This document shows, piece by piece, positions 9,026 through 16,787 of a stretch of DNA of 36,281 bases (position 1 is its first letter; each line of letters begins with the position of its first letter). Made by a program: the position numbers and the translations under genes. The notes under the pieces are model-generated. The model was given only the letters and a program-made list of their open reading frames with translations. It was not told the origin of the DNA and did no database searches. This DNA comes from Methanobacteriota archaeon (GTDB taxonomy: Archaea > Thermoplasmatota > Thermoplasmata > SG8-5 > DAIRED01): positions 1 to 36,281 of the forward strand of contig JAZDNO010000010.1 in the NCBI GenBank assembly GCA_043799545.1, in the 5' to 3' direction.

Positions 9026-11302
9026 TCAACGCCTTTCGCGCCTGTCGCCGCCCCTGCGGTCCCCGCCGCGCCTGTCGCCGCCGCGGCCGCCGCCGCGCCT
9101 GTCCCCGCCCCTGCTCGGAGGCCTGCGCTCGCGCCTCGGCTGCTCGACGTAGCCCTCTGGCTTCGGGAGAAGCTCGCGCGCCGAGACGTCGACCTTGCCG
9201 CGGTCTATGGATATGACCTTCACGCGGACCTTGTCCCCGAGCTTGAGCCTGTCCTCGACGTTCTCGACCCTGGCCCAGTCGATCTCCGAAACATGCAGCA
9301 GGCCGTCCTGGTTCGGCGTCAGCGTGACGAAAGCCCCGAAGCTCATCATCTTTACGACGACTGCCTCCTCGAAGATTTCGCCGATTTCGACGGTGCGCAC
9401 AAGGTTCTTGATTATCGTCTCCGCGGCCTTGGCCTTCTCCGAATCCGTGGAGGTGATTACTACCAAGCCCTCGTCGTTGACGTCAATCTGGACTTCGTAT
9501 TCCTCCGTAATCTTGCGGATGACCTTGCCGCCGGGGCCTATGACGTCGCCTATCTTCTCCGGGTCTATGTGGAAGCTGATTATCCTCGGAGCCCACTTGG
9601 AGAGTTCGGTCCTCGGGCCTGGCAATGAGGCCTCCATCACGTCGAGCACCTCGTTGATGCCCTTGCGCATCTGGACCACTGTCGCCTCGACCATCTCCAT
9701 CGTCAGGCCGCGCGTCTTGGTGTCCATCTGTATGGCCGTGATGCCCTGCCTGGTGGACGTGAACTTGAAGTCCATTCCTCCAGCGCCGTCCTCGAGGTCC
9801 TGCAGGTCGGTGATGACCTTCCACCTCTTGCCATCGCACGCGAGGCCCATCGCCATTCCTGCGACGTGCTTCTTCAGCGGGACGCCGGCGTCCATCAACG
9901 CCAGGGACGAACCGCAGGTCGAGGCCATCGAGGACGAGCCGTTGGAGCCCATGACCTCGCTGACGACACGTATCGTGTACGGGAAGTCGTCGTTCGCCGG
10001 CAAGACCGGCAAAATCGCCTTCTCGGCCAATGCGCCGTGGCCAATCTCGCGCCTGCCAGCGCCCCTAAGCGGCTTGACGTCGCCGACCGAGCACGGCAGG
10101 AAGTTGTAGTGGTGATAGTATGTTTTCGTGTAGTCCGCCTCGCCAGTCTCGACAGTCAGTTTGTCGCCCGGAGAGCCCAGGGTCACGACCGACAGGACCT
10201 GGGTCTCGCCCCTTGTGAATAGTCCAGTCCCGTGCACCCTCGGAAGCACGCCCGTCTCGGCAGTGAGAGGCCTTATCTGGTCGAGCGCGCGCCCGTCAAC
10301 CCTCTGGTCCCTGTCCAGGATTGCTAGCGTCACCTGCTCCTCTATGAAGCCGTAGAAGAAGCTGGATATCAGTTTCTTCACGTGCGATTCTGCCTGCGCG
10401 GCGTCCCTCGTCTTCGTCACAAGCGTCGGGGCGAACTGCGCCACGAGCTTGTCCTCGAGGTCGTGCAGTATGGCCTTGCGTGCGCCCTTGGAGCCCTTTG
10501 GCGTGTTGAACAGGTACTTCTCGAGGTGCGGCATCGCCGCCGCCTTTATCTTCGCAATTGCCGCCAGGTCCTCGGGGGCGTGCTGGCCGCTGAGCTTGAG
10601 CTGGTCGAGCGGGGTTTTGTCAGCGCCGACTTCCTTGCGGACAGTGTCCATGAACGCGGCCACCTGGCCGAGGGCTTCCATCGCCGCCTTGAAGCAGGCC
10701 TTCGTGTCCTTGTCGTCGACCTCCTTCGCGGAGCAGTCGACCATCGTGATGCGGTTTCCGTCGCCCATGACGACGAGGTTCATGTCCGAGAATTCCATCT
10801 CGTCCAGAGTCGGGTTGACTATGAAGTCCCCGTTTATCATCGCTATCCTCGCGCCGGCTATCGGGCCGTCGAAAGGTATGCGCGAGAGGTGCACCGCCGC
10901 GCATGCGGCGACCATCGCCACAACATCCGGCTTGTTCACTCCGTCCAGCGCGAGCGGCATGCATATTATCTGCACATCGTTCTTTATGTTCTGCGGGAAG
11001 AGCGGCCTGAGGCCGCGGTCAATCATCCTGCTCGTCAGGACCGCATCGGTCGAAGGCCTGCCCTCGCGCTTCGAGAACCTCGGGCCCTTTATCTTTCCGG
11101 CCGCGAAGTAGCGCTCCTCCAAATCGACCATCAGGGGGAAGAAGTCCATCCCCTCCCGGCACGTCTGCGACATGCTTGCCGTAGCGAGAACGACCGTCTC
11201 TCCGATCTGCGCGACGACCGAGGCGTCTGCCTGGTTCGCGAACTTTCCTATCTCCAACGTGAGCTTTTTGTCGTGCCACGTCATTTCGAATTTCTGTGTC
11301 AT
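9026..11302 (-). CDS. pnp: Polyribonucleotide nucleotidyltransferase (bacterial-type PNPase: two RNase PH domains, KH, S1)
   Basis: FFPLMVDLEERYFAAGKIKG..KREGRPS, RMIDRGLRPLFP, RVDGR..DQIRP, GLFTRGETQ, RREIGHGALAE, SNGSSSMAS, EDGAGGMDFK, KH (IGDVIGPGGKVIRKI), S1 (FGAFV..DGLLHVSEI). ATG 11302 (MTQKFE). Confidence 0.97.
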   Translation of the reverse strand: MTQKFEMTWHDKKLTLEIGKFANQADASVVAQIGETVVLATASMSQTCREGMDFFPLMVDLEERYFAAGKIKGPRFSKREGRPSTDAVLTSRMIDRGLRPLFPQNIKNDVQIICMPLALDGVNKPDVVAMVAACAAVHLSRIPFDGPIAGARIAMINGDFIVNPTLDEMEFSDMNLVVMGDGNRITMVDCSAKEVDDKDTKACFKAAMEALGQVAAFMDTVRKEVGADKTPLDQLKLSGQHAPEDLAAIAKIKAAAMPHLEKYLFNTPKGSKGARKAILHDLEDKLVAQFAPTLVTKTRDAAQAESHVKKLISSFFYGFIEEQVTLAILDRDQRVDGRALDQIRPLTAETGVLPRVHGTGLFTRGETQVLSVVTLGSPGDKLTVETGEADYTKTYYHHYNFLPCSVGDVKPLRGAGRREIGHGALAEKAILPVLPANDDFPYTIRVVSEVMGSNGSSSMASTCGSSLALMDAGVPLKKHVAGMAMGLACDGKRWKVITDLQDLEDGAGGMDFKFTSTRQGITAIQMDTKTRGLTMEMVEATVVQMRKGINEVLDVMEASLPGPRTELSKWAPRIISFHIDPEKIGDVIGPGGKVIRKITEEYEVQIDVNDEGLVVITSTDSEKAKAAETIIKNLVRTVEIGEIFEEAVVVKMMSFGAFVTLTPNQDGLLHVSEIDWARVENVEDRLKLGDKVRVKVISIDRGKVDVSARELLPKPEGYVEQPRRERRPPSRGGDRRGGGRGGDRRGGDRRGGDRRERR
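9031..9112 (-). repeat. RGGD/RRGG low-complexity C-terminal tail of PNPase
   Basis: Encodes ...RGGDRRGGGRGGDRRGGDRRGGDRRERR; plus-strand near-repeats of CCTGTCGCCGCC. Confidence 0.8.
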
Positions 11303-11315
11303 TTCAACACCGTTT

Positions 11316-11472
11316 CCTTTGCGTATAAACAAGCTGCCTCGGCCTTGCGGGGCGAAATGGACCATTTGCGGTCCGATGAGCCTCAACTTGAATGCGGGCC
11401 CCCTCCCGGGGTCCCCGTTGGCGGTCTCGCCGCCATCGGCATTCCAGCCGTTAATAGCCTGCCTTTTGCGTA
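11316..11472 (-). ncRNA. Structured pnp 5' leader or upstream ncRNA (five hairpins)
   Basis: Hairpins at 11437-11450, 11419-11435, 11395-11417, 11359-11374 and 11336-11353, with purine-rich loops on the pnp sense strand. Bounded by a TACGCAAA(A)GG near-direct repeat. Confidence 0.45.
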
Positions 11473-11582
11473 GTAGGGTAGATTATGGTATATAATAAAG
11501 CTTTTGATTCCCGTATAACATCGTGTAAAAGGTTTTATGGATAGTCCCCTCTGCACCGTTGGCTCGATGCCTGGTGAGTCCT

Positions 11583-14183
11583 ATGAGCACAAAGGAGTCG
11601 TCCGCGAGCGCCACGGCGCTCAAGGGCGCGGCGAAGCTTGATGGTCCCCTCGGTGGCTATTCCCTGAATTCGGAGGGCAAGCCCGCATGTTCCGAGGCCT
11701 GTCCCGCAGGCATCGACGTCAAGGCGTACGTCAATCTCATCGCGGACAAACGCTACGAGGAAGCCGTCGCAGTCATCAGGCGCGCCAATCCGTTCCCCGG
11801 AGTCTGCGGCAGGGTCTGCACCCACCCGTGCGAGGGCGAGTGCCAGAGGGGAGAGTTCGACGACCCCGTTGCCATCAAGGCGCTCAAGCGCTTCGCATCC
11901 GACTACGAGAGGGCGAGGCGGTGCCCGGCCCCTGTGGTTAAGCTTGGCAAGAAAGGAAGGGTGGCGATAATCGGCGCCGGTCCAGCGGGTCTCACTGCCG
12001 CATACGATTTGGCTTTGTCCGGTCACCCCGTCGTTGTTTTCGACTCCGCAAAATATGCCGGCGGCATGCTCGGCTGGGGGATACCCAGCTTCAGGCTGCC
12101 CAGGGAGATCGTCCGCGGGGAGGTCATGCAGATTTCCGACCTCGGCGTGGACATCAGGCTTGGCGAGAAGGTAACCGATCCGTCCGCCTTGCTGAGGAAA
12201 GGCTTCTCGGCCGTCGTCGTCGCCGCCGGATGCATGGTCCCGGTCCCCATAGGCGTCGAGGGAGAGGATTCCGATGGCGTGCTGGACTGCATAGATTTCC
12301 TGAGGGGGGCGAGCGAGGGCGACGTGAAATCGCTGAAAGGGAAGACCGTCGTCGTCGGCGGCGGAAACGCCGCGCTCGACGCCGCCAGGATGGCGCTGCG
12401 TCTCGGCTCGGACGTGACGATAGCGTACAGGCGAACGGAAGCCGAGATGCCGGCGGACAGAGCAGAAATCCAGGAGGCCAAGGAGGAAGGCATCAAATTC
12501 GAGTTCCTGGCCATGCCGAAAAAGGTCGTTGCTTCGGAAGGCAAAGTGACGGGGCTGGTCGTCCAGCGCGCCAAGCTGGGGGAGCCGGATGCAAGCGGGA
12601 GGCGCGCCCCCGTTGGAATACCGGGCAGCGTTTTCAAAATCGACGCGGACTGGATAATAAGGGCTGTGGGTTCGAAGCCCGATTCCAAGCTCCTGGAATC
12701 CGGGGGACTGAAGCTCACACCCACAGGCACGATTGAGGCCGACGAGAATGGAAGAACCTCGGTGAAAGGGGTCTTCGCCGCGGGGGATGTGGTTTTGGGT
12801 CCGGCTACCGTCGTCGAGGCCATAGGCAGCGGCCATGCGGCCGCGGCTGGAGTCGTCGAACATCTGGGCGGGCCTAAAGCAGCTTCCCGCGATGAGTCGC
12901 AAGACCGCGTCTACGTCCTGGAGAAGATGCCAGAGGCCAAGGCTGGTCGGGCGAAACCCCCCAAGGTCCCGGCGCTGGCCCGCAAGTCGAGCTTCGAGGA
13001 AGTCGAGGGCGCGCTCGACGAGCTGAGCGCGGTCGCCGAGGCATCCAGATGCAGGCGCTGCGGGCTCTGCTCCGACTGCGACGTCTGCCTTTCCGGCTGC
13101 CACCACAGGCAGGCGGTCCTGCTCAGCGAGGGAAGCGGCCCCAAATGGGTCAAGGTCCCCCTGAATTTCTCCAGGCGGCTCGTCGAGGACCACGCCACGC
13201 GCGAGGGGTGGAGATTGTCGACCGATGGGAAGGTGGCCGAGGCGAGGCTGGAACCCGTCCAGGCGTTCGTCGATTCCGACCTTTGCATCGCGTGCGGGCT
13301 TTGCGAGGAAGCCTGTGTTTACCGTGCGGTGAGGGTGCGATTCAACAGAAACGACTCGCCGTCCGCCGCAGTGGACCAGGAGGGCTGCAGGGCGTGTGGC
13401 GCTTGCGCCGGAGTCTGCCCGACTGGAGCCGTCTCTATGGGATTCATGGACGATGATAAATTGTTCGTGCGTGCGCGCGAGGCTGCGTCGGAATCCAAGG
13501 GAGGAATAGTCACATTCGGCTGCATCTGGCAGGATTCGGGGCGCCTTGCTTCGAAGCCCGGCGTGGTTCCGGTGATTTGCACGAGGCGCGTCTCACCCGC
13601 GTTCGTGCTCGAAGCGCTCGCGTCGGGTGCTTCCGGGGTCGCGCTTGCTGGCTGCCCCGATGGGGAGTGCCACTACCTGCCCGGGCCGTGGATGGGCGCT
13701 GACATGCCGGACAAGGTCGGCAAGATTCTGGAATCTGTGGGAATCGACAAGCGCCGCGTCAAGTACATCGAATCCTCCGGAGACCATACGAAAGCCGTCA
13801 AACAATTCGCAGCCACTCTGAAGAAGTCCAAGCTCGGGCCGATGCCGGACGCCGCGCGGACGCTGCCTGAAATCCGTGCGCCGCTCGGAAGGGCGATTTC
13901 GCTGGCGCACGTCCTCATGGCTGCCCAGGATTCGAAACCATCCAAGGGCAGGAAGGTCGATTATTTGCTCGCAGCGGGCTGCTCGCCGATTTGCGATTCC
14001 GCTCTCATGGCGCACGGCATCGACGGTTCGGGCGAGTTCCTGGACTCCGTGTCCGTGTTGCTCAAGGCATGCGATATCGATTTCACGCGCAGCCCGAGAG
14101 TCCTCGGCCCGGGGTCGAAGCTGAAGAAATGGGGCTCGACGGACTTTACAAGGATTACGGAAAGGCAGCCATCGAGGCAGTGA
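11583..14183 (+). CDS. Multidomain Fe-S flavoprotein: GltD/SudA/DsrL-like NAD(P)H oxidoreductase + 2x[4Fe-4S] + MvhD-like domain + start of a CCG-like domain
   Basis: CSEACPAG..CGRVCTHPCEGEC (Fer4_20), GAGPAG, GGGNAALD..YRR, CRRCGLCSDCDVC, CIACGLCEEAC, CRACGACAGVCP, FGCIW..VICT..GCPDGECHY. GGTGA ribosome-binding site upstream of ATG 11583. Confidence 0.85.
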   Translation: MSTKESSASATALKGAAKLDGPLGGYSLNSEGKPACSEACPAGIDVKAYVNLIADKRYEEAVAVIRRANPFPGVCGRVCTHPCEGECQRGEFDDPVAIKALKRFASDYERARRCPAPVVKLGKKGRVAIIGAGPAGLTAAYDLALSGHPVVVFDSAKYAGGMLGWGIPSFRLPREIVRGEVMQISDLGVDIRLGEKVTDPSALLRKGFSAVVVAAGCMVPVPIGVEGEDSDGVLDCIDFLRGASEGDVKSLKGKTVVVGGGNAALDAARMALRLGSDVTIAYRRTEAEMPADRAEIQEAKEEGIKFEFLAMPKKVVASEGKVTGLVVQRAKLGEPDASGRRAPVGIPGSVFKIDADWIIRAVGSKPDSKLLESGGLKLTPTGTIEADENGRTSVKGVFAAGDVVLGPATVVEAIGSGHAAAAGVVEHLGGPKAASRDESQDRVYVLEKMPEAKAGRAKPPKVPALARKSSFEEVEGALDELSAVAEASRCRRCGLCSDCDVCLSGCHHRQAVLLSEGSGPKWVKVPLNFSRRLVEDHATREGWRLSTDGKVAEARLEPVQAFVDSDLCIACGLCEEACVYRAVRVRFNRNDSPSAAVDQEGCRACGACAGVCPTGAVSMGFMDDDKLFVRAREAASESKGGIVTFGCIWQDSGRLASKPGVVPVICTRRVSPAFVLEALASGASGVALAGCPDGECHYLPGPWMGADMPDKVGKILESVGIDKRRVKYIESSGDHTKAVKQFAATLKKSKLGPMPDAARTLPEIRAPLGRAISLAHVLMAAQDSKPSKGRKVDYLLAAGCSPICDSALMAHGIDGSGEFLDSVSVLLKACDIDFTRSPRVLGPGSKLKKWGSTDFTRITERQPSRQ

Positions 14184-14683
14184 AATCTTCCAAGGCCAAA
14201 TCGGTCATAGCCATATCGCACGAGGCCCTCTCAAAATTCGAGGGGCAATGGCAGAAGGATTTCGGGAAGCTGGGTTTCGATTTCGTGAGCCTGCCATCGA
14301 TTCTCATGAAGAACTTGCCAGAGGGCGCATTCCGGAGCACGCCCGGGAAGATTGCGTTCCACCCAGCCTGCGGAGGGGGCAATTTCTCAAAGGAATTGCT
14401 CGGCCTGCTGGCCGTTGTCCCCGGCGTCGAGACCGCCGTCATCGAAGCGGGTTGCGGCGAGACCGCCTGGATAGAGCCAAGCGCCGAGAACCGGGCCAAA
14501 GCGCACCGGCTCCTGGCGAAGGCCGAGGCTGCTGGCGCGGGAACCCTCGTCGTCGAATCGCACCAGTGCCTCGCGCACCTCCTCGCGTCGCAAATGGGAT
14601 GGAGGGAGAATGGCTTGGAAGTGACAGACATCTATTCTTTCCTGGCATCGAGGCTCGCGGGGGTGAAGGCAAATGAAGAATGA
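14129..14683 (+). CDS. C-terminal CCG (HdrD/GlpC-like) domain remainder, likely frameshifted continuation of 11583..14183
   Basis: GLDGLYKDYGKAAIEAVK..KSVIAISHEA, FHPAC, AGCG, GAGTLVVESHQCLAHL follow HdrD/GlpC spacing with Cys substitutions. Part of track ORF 13991..14683. Confidence 0.65.
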   Translation: MGLDGLYKDYGKAAIEAVKSSKAKSVIAISHEALSKFEGQWQKDFGKLGFDFVSLPSILMKNLPEGAFRSTPGKIAFHPACGGGNFSKELLGLLAVVPGVETAVIEAGCGETAWIEPSAENRAKAHRLLAKAEAAGAGTLVVESHQCLAHLLASQMGWRENGLEVTDIYSFLASRLAGVKANEE

Positions 14684-16787
14684 CGCGGCGAATCCCTCGA
14701 AAACGAAACCGGATTTGACACTCCGCATCTCGGAGCATCCGATACTGGCATATCCCTCGCTGCCCGACATCCCTTTCAAGTTCAACGGCAATCCGCTCAT
14801 GGCGATAAATGGGGAGATGATTTCGAGCGCACTCATAGCCAACGGCATCAGCGCCTTCAACAGGCACCACCGCGACGGCGCGCCGCAGGGCATCTTCTGC
14901 GCGAACGGCCAGTGCGCCCAGTGCCTAGTTCTGGCGAACGGAAGGCCCGTGAAGGCCTGCGTGACCCCTGTCAAAAAGGGCATGGACGTCCGCTTCCTGG
15001 ACGGCCTGCCGGATCTGCCGGCGGACGACGCCGAGCCTGGACCCGCCAACATTGAAACCGTTGGCGTGGATGTCCTCGTCATTGGCGGCGGCCCGGCGGG
15101 AATGATGGCGGCGGTCGAGCTTGGCCGCGCGGGGGTCGATGTCCTGGTGGTAGACGACAAGCAGGAGCTCGGCGGGAAACTAGGCCTCCAGACGCACAAC
15201 TTCTTCGGCTCGAAACGCGATTGTTACGCCGGGATGAGGGGCATGGACATCGGTACGATGCTGGCCGCGCAGGTCGGGACTCTGAAAAACGTCGAGGTCT
15301 GGCTCGATTCCCCGGCGGTTGGCGCATTCGAGGATGGGCTCGTTGGCGTGGTCAAGGGCGGAGTCTTCAGGCTCGTCAGGCCGAAACGCCTGCTCGTCAC
15401 GGCCGGGGCGCGGGAGAAGGTCCTGACGTTCCCTGGCTGCGACCTGCCTGGCGTCTACGGCGGCGGGGCGTTCCAGACCCTCGTCAACAGGGACATGGTG
15501 AAGGCCGCAAAGAGGCTATTTATTGTTGGCGGCGGAAACGTCGGCCTCATCGCAGCCTACCATGCCATACAGGCAGGAATAGAGGTCGTCGGCATTGTCG
15601 AAGCCCTGCCGCAGTGTGGAGGCTACAAGGTCCATCTCGACAAGATAAAACGCCTCGGAATCCCAGTCTGGACTTCGAGCACCGTGCTGAAGGCGGAGGG
15701 AGACTGCAAGCTCGCGCGCATCACGACGGCGAAGGTCGATTCGTCTTTCAAGCCAATCGCTGGAACGGAGAGGTCTTTCGATGTGGACACGCTCCTCATC
15801 GCAGTCGGCCTGACTCCCGTGAACGAGATTCTGGCCCAGGCCAGGACCTTCGGGTTCAAGACCTTCGCCGCCGGCGACGCGGACATCATCGCGGAGGCGT
15901 CGGCGGCGATGTTCAGCGGCCGCATCGCCGGACGGCAGATACTCAGGGACATCGGGCGCGACGCCGCGATACCGAAGGAGTGGCTCGACACGCTCGCGCT
16001 GCTCAGGGCGAAGCCAGGGCCGACGCACGAGTTGGCGGCCAAGCGCAGCGACGGCTCGGTGTATCCCGTCATCCGCTGCGTCCAGGAGATACCATGCAAC
16101 CCGTGCACGGCCGTGTGCCCCGTGAACTCCATCAAGACCTCCGACGGCACGATGAGCGCTTTGCCGTCATTCTCGAACATATGCCTCGGCTGCACGAGGT
16201 GCGTGGCGATTTGCCCGGGCCTTGCAATCACCCTAGTCGACAGAGGATACGACCCAGCCGGGGAGCGGGCGCTGGTTTACATACCGTGGGAACTGCCAGC
16301 TGGTTCGCTGAAACCTGGGGATTCCGTAACCACCGTCGGCTTGGAAGGGGAAAGCATCGGCAACGGCAAGGTCGTCGCGATGAAGGGTTCCGCGTGGCAG
16401 AACAGGCGCCACATCGCGGCGATAGACGTCCCTGCTCGGGACGCGGACATGGTCGCCGGCATACGGCTCTTCAACGATCCGGCACAGGTGCCAGGTAAAA
16501 TGCCGGAGCCTTCCGACGACGGAGCGACAATCATATGCCGCTGCGAGCGCGTGACGAAGGAGGAGATAGAATCGTACGTGCGCGAGACGGGCGTGCGCGA
16601 CTTCAACGCGCTCAAGGCCGCCCTGCGCGTGGGCATGGGCCCGTGCGGGGGAAAGACCTGCTCCGACCACGTGATGCGCCTGTTCAAGCAGGTGCTGGGC
16701 AGGGACGCGGTCATAGAGAAGCACGTCGAGCGCCCGTTCACGCAAGAGGTCCCCATGTCGGCATTCCTCGGGGGTGACGAGCAATGA
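14673..16787 (+). CDS. Fused alpha-type subunit of a dye-linked L-proline/sarcosine/opine dehydrogenase-type complex ([2Fe-2S] + FAD oxidoreductase + [4Fe-4S] + BFD-like [2Fe-2S])
   Basis: GIFCANGQCAQC..KAC, GGGPAG, GAREK..FPG.DLPGV, GGGNVG, CVQEIPCNPC..CP..CLGCTRCVAICPG, ICRCERVT..GMGPCGGKTC. Confidence 0.82.
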   Translation: MKNDAANPSKTKPDLTLRISEHPILAYPSLPDIPFKFNGNPLMAINGEMISSALIANGISAFNRHHRDGAPQGIFCANGQCAQCLVLANGRPVKACVTPVKKGMDVRFLDGLPDLPADDAEPGPANIETVGVDVLVIGGGPAGMMAAVELGRAGVDVLVVDDKQELGGKLGLQTHNFFGSKRDCYAGMRGMDIGTMLAAQVGTLKNVEVWLDSPAVGAFEDGLVGVVKGGVFRLVRPKRLLVTAGAREKVLTFPGCDLPGVYGGGAFQTLVNRDMVKAAKRLFIVGGGNVGLIAAYHAIQAGIEVVGIVEALPQCGGYKVHLDKIKRLGIPVWTSSTVLKAEGDCKLARITTAKVDSSFKPIAGTERSFDVDTLLIAVGLTPVNEILAQARTFGFKTFAAGDADIIAEASAAMFSGRIAGRQILRDIGRDAAIPKEWLDTLALLRAKPGPTHELAAKRSDGSVYPVIRCVQEIPCNPCTAVCPVNSIKTSDGTMSALPSFSNICLGCTRCVAICPGLAITLVDRGYDPAGERALVYIPWELPAGSLKPGDSVTTVGLEGESIGNGKVVAMKGSAWQNRRHIAAIDVPARDADMVAGIRLFNDPAQVPGKMPEPSDDGATIICRCERVTKEEIESYVRETGVRDFNALKAALRVGMGPCGGKTCSDHVMRLFKQVLGRDAVIEKHVERPFTQEVPMSAFLGGDEQ

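Noticed and set aside
14121-14140. Programmed ribosomal frameshift
   Set aside because: No canonical X XXY YYZ slippery heptamer or obvious downstream stimulator; an indel at a homopolymer is simpler.
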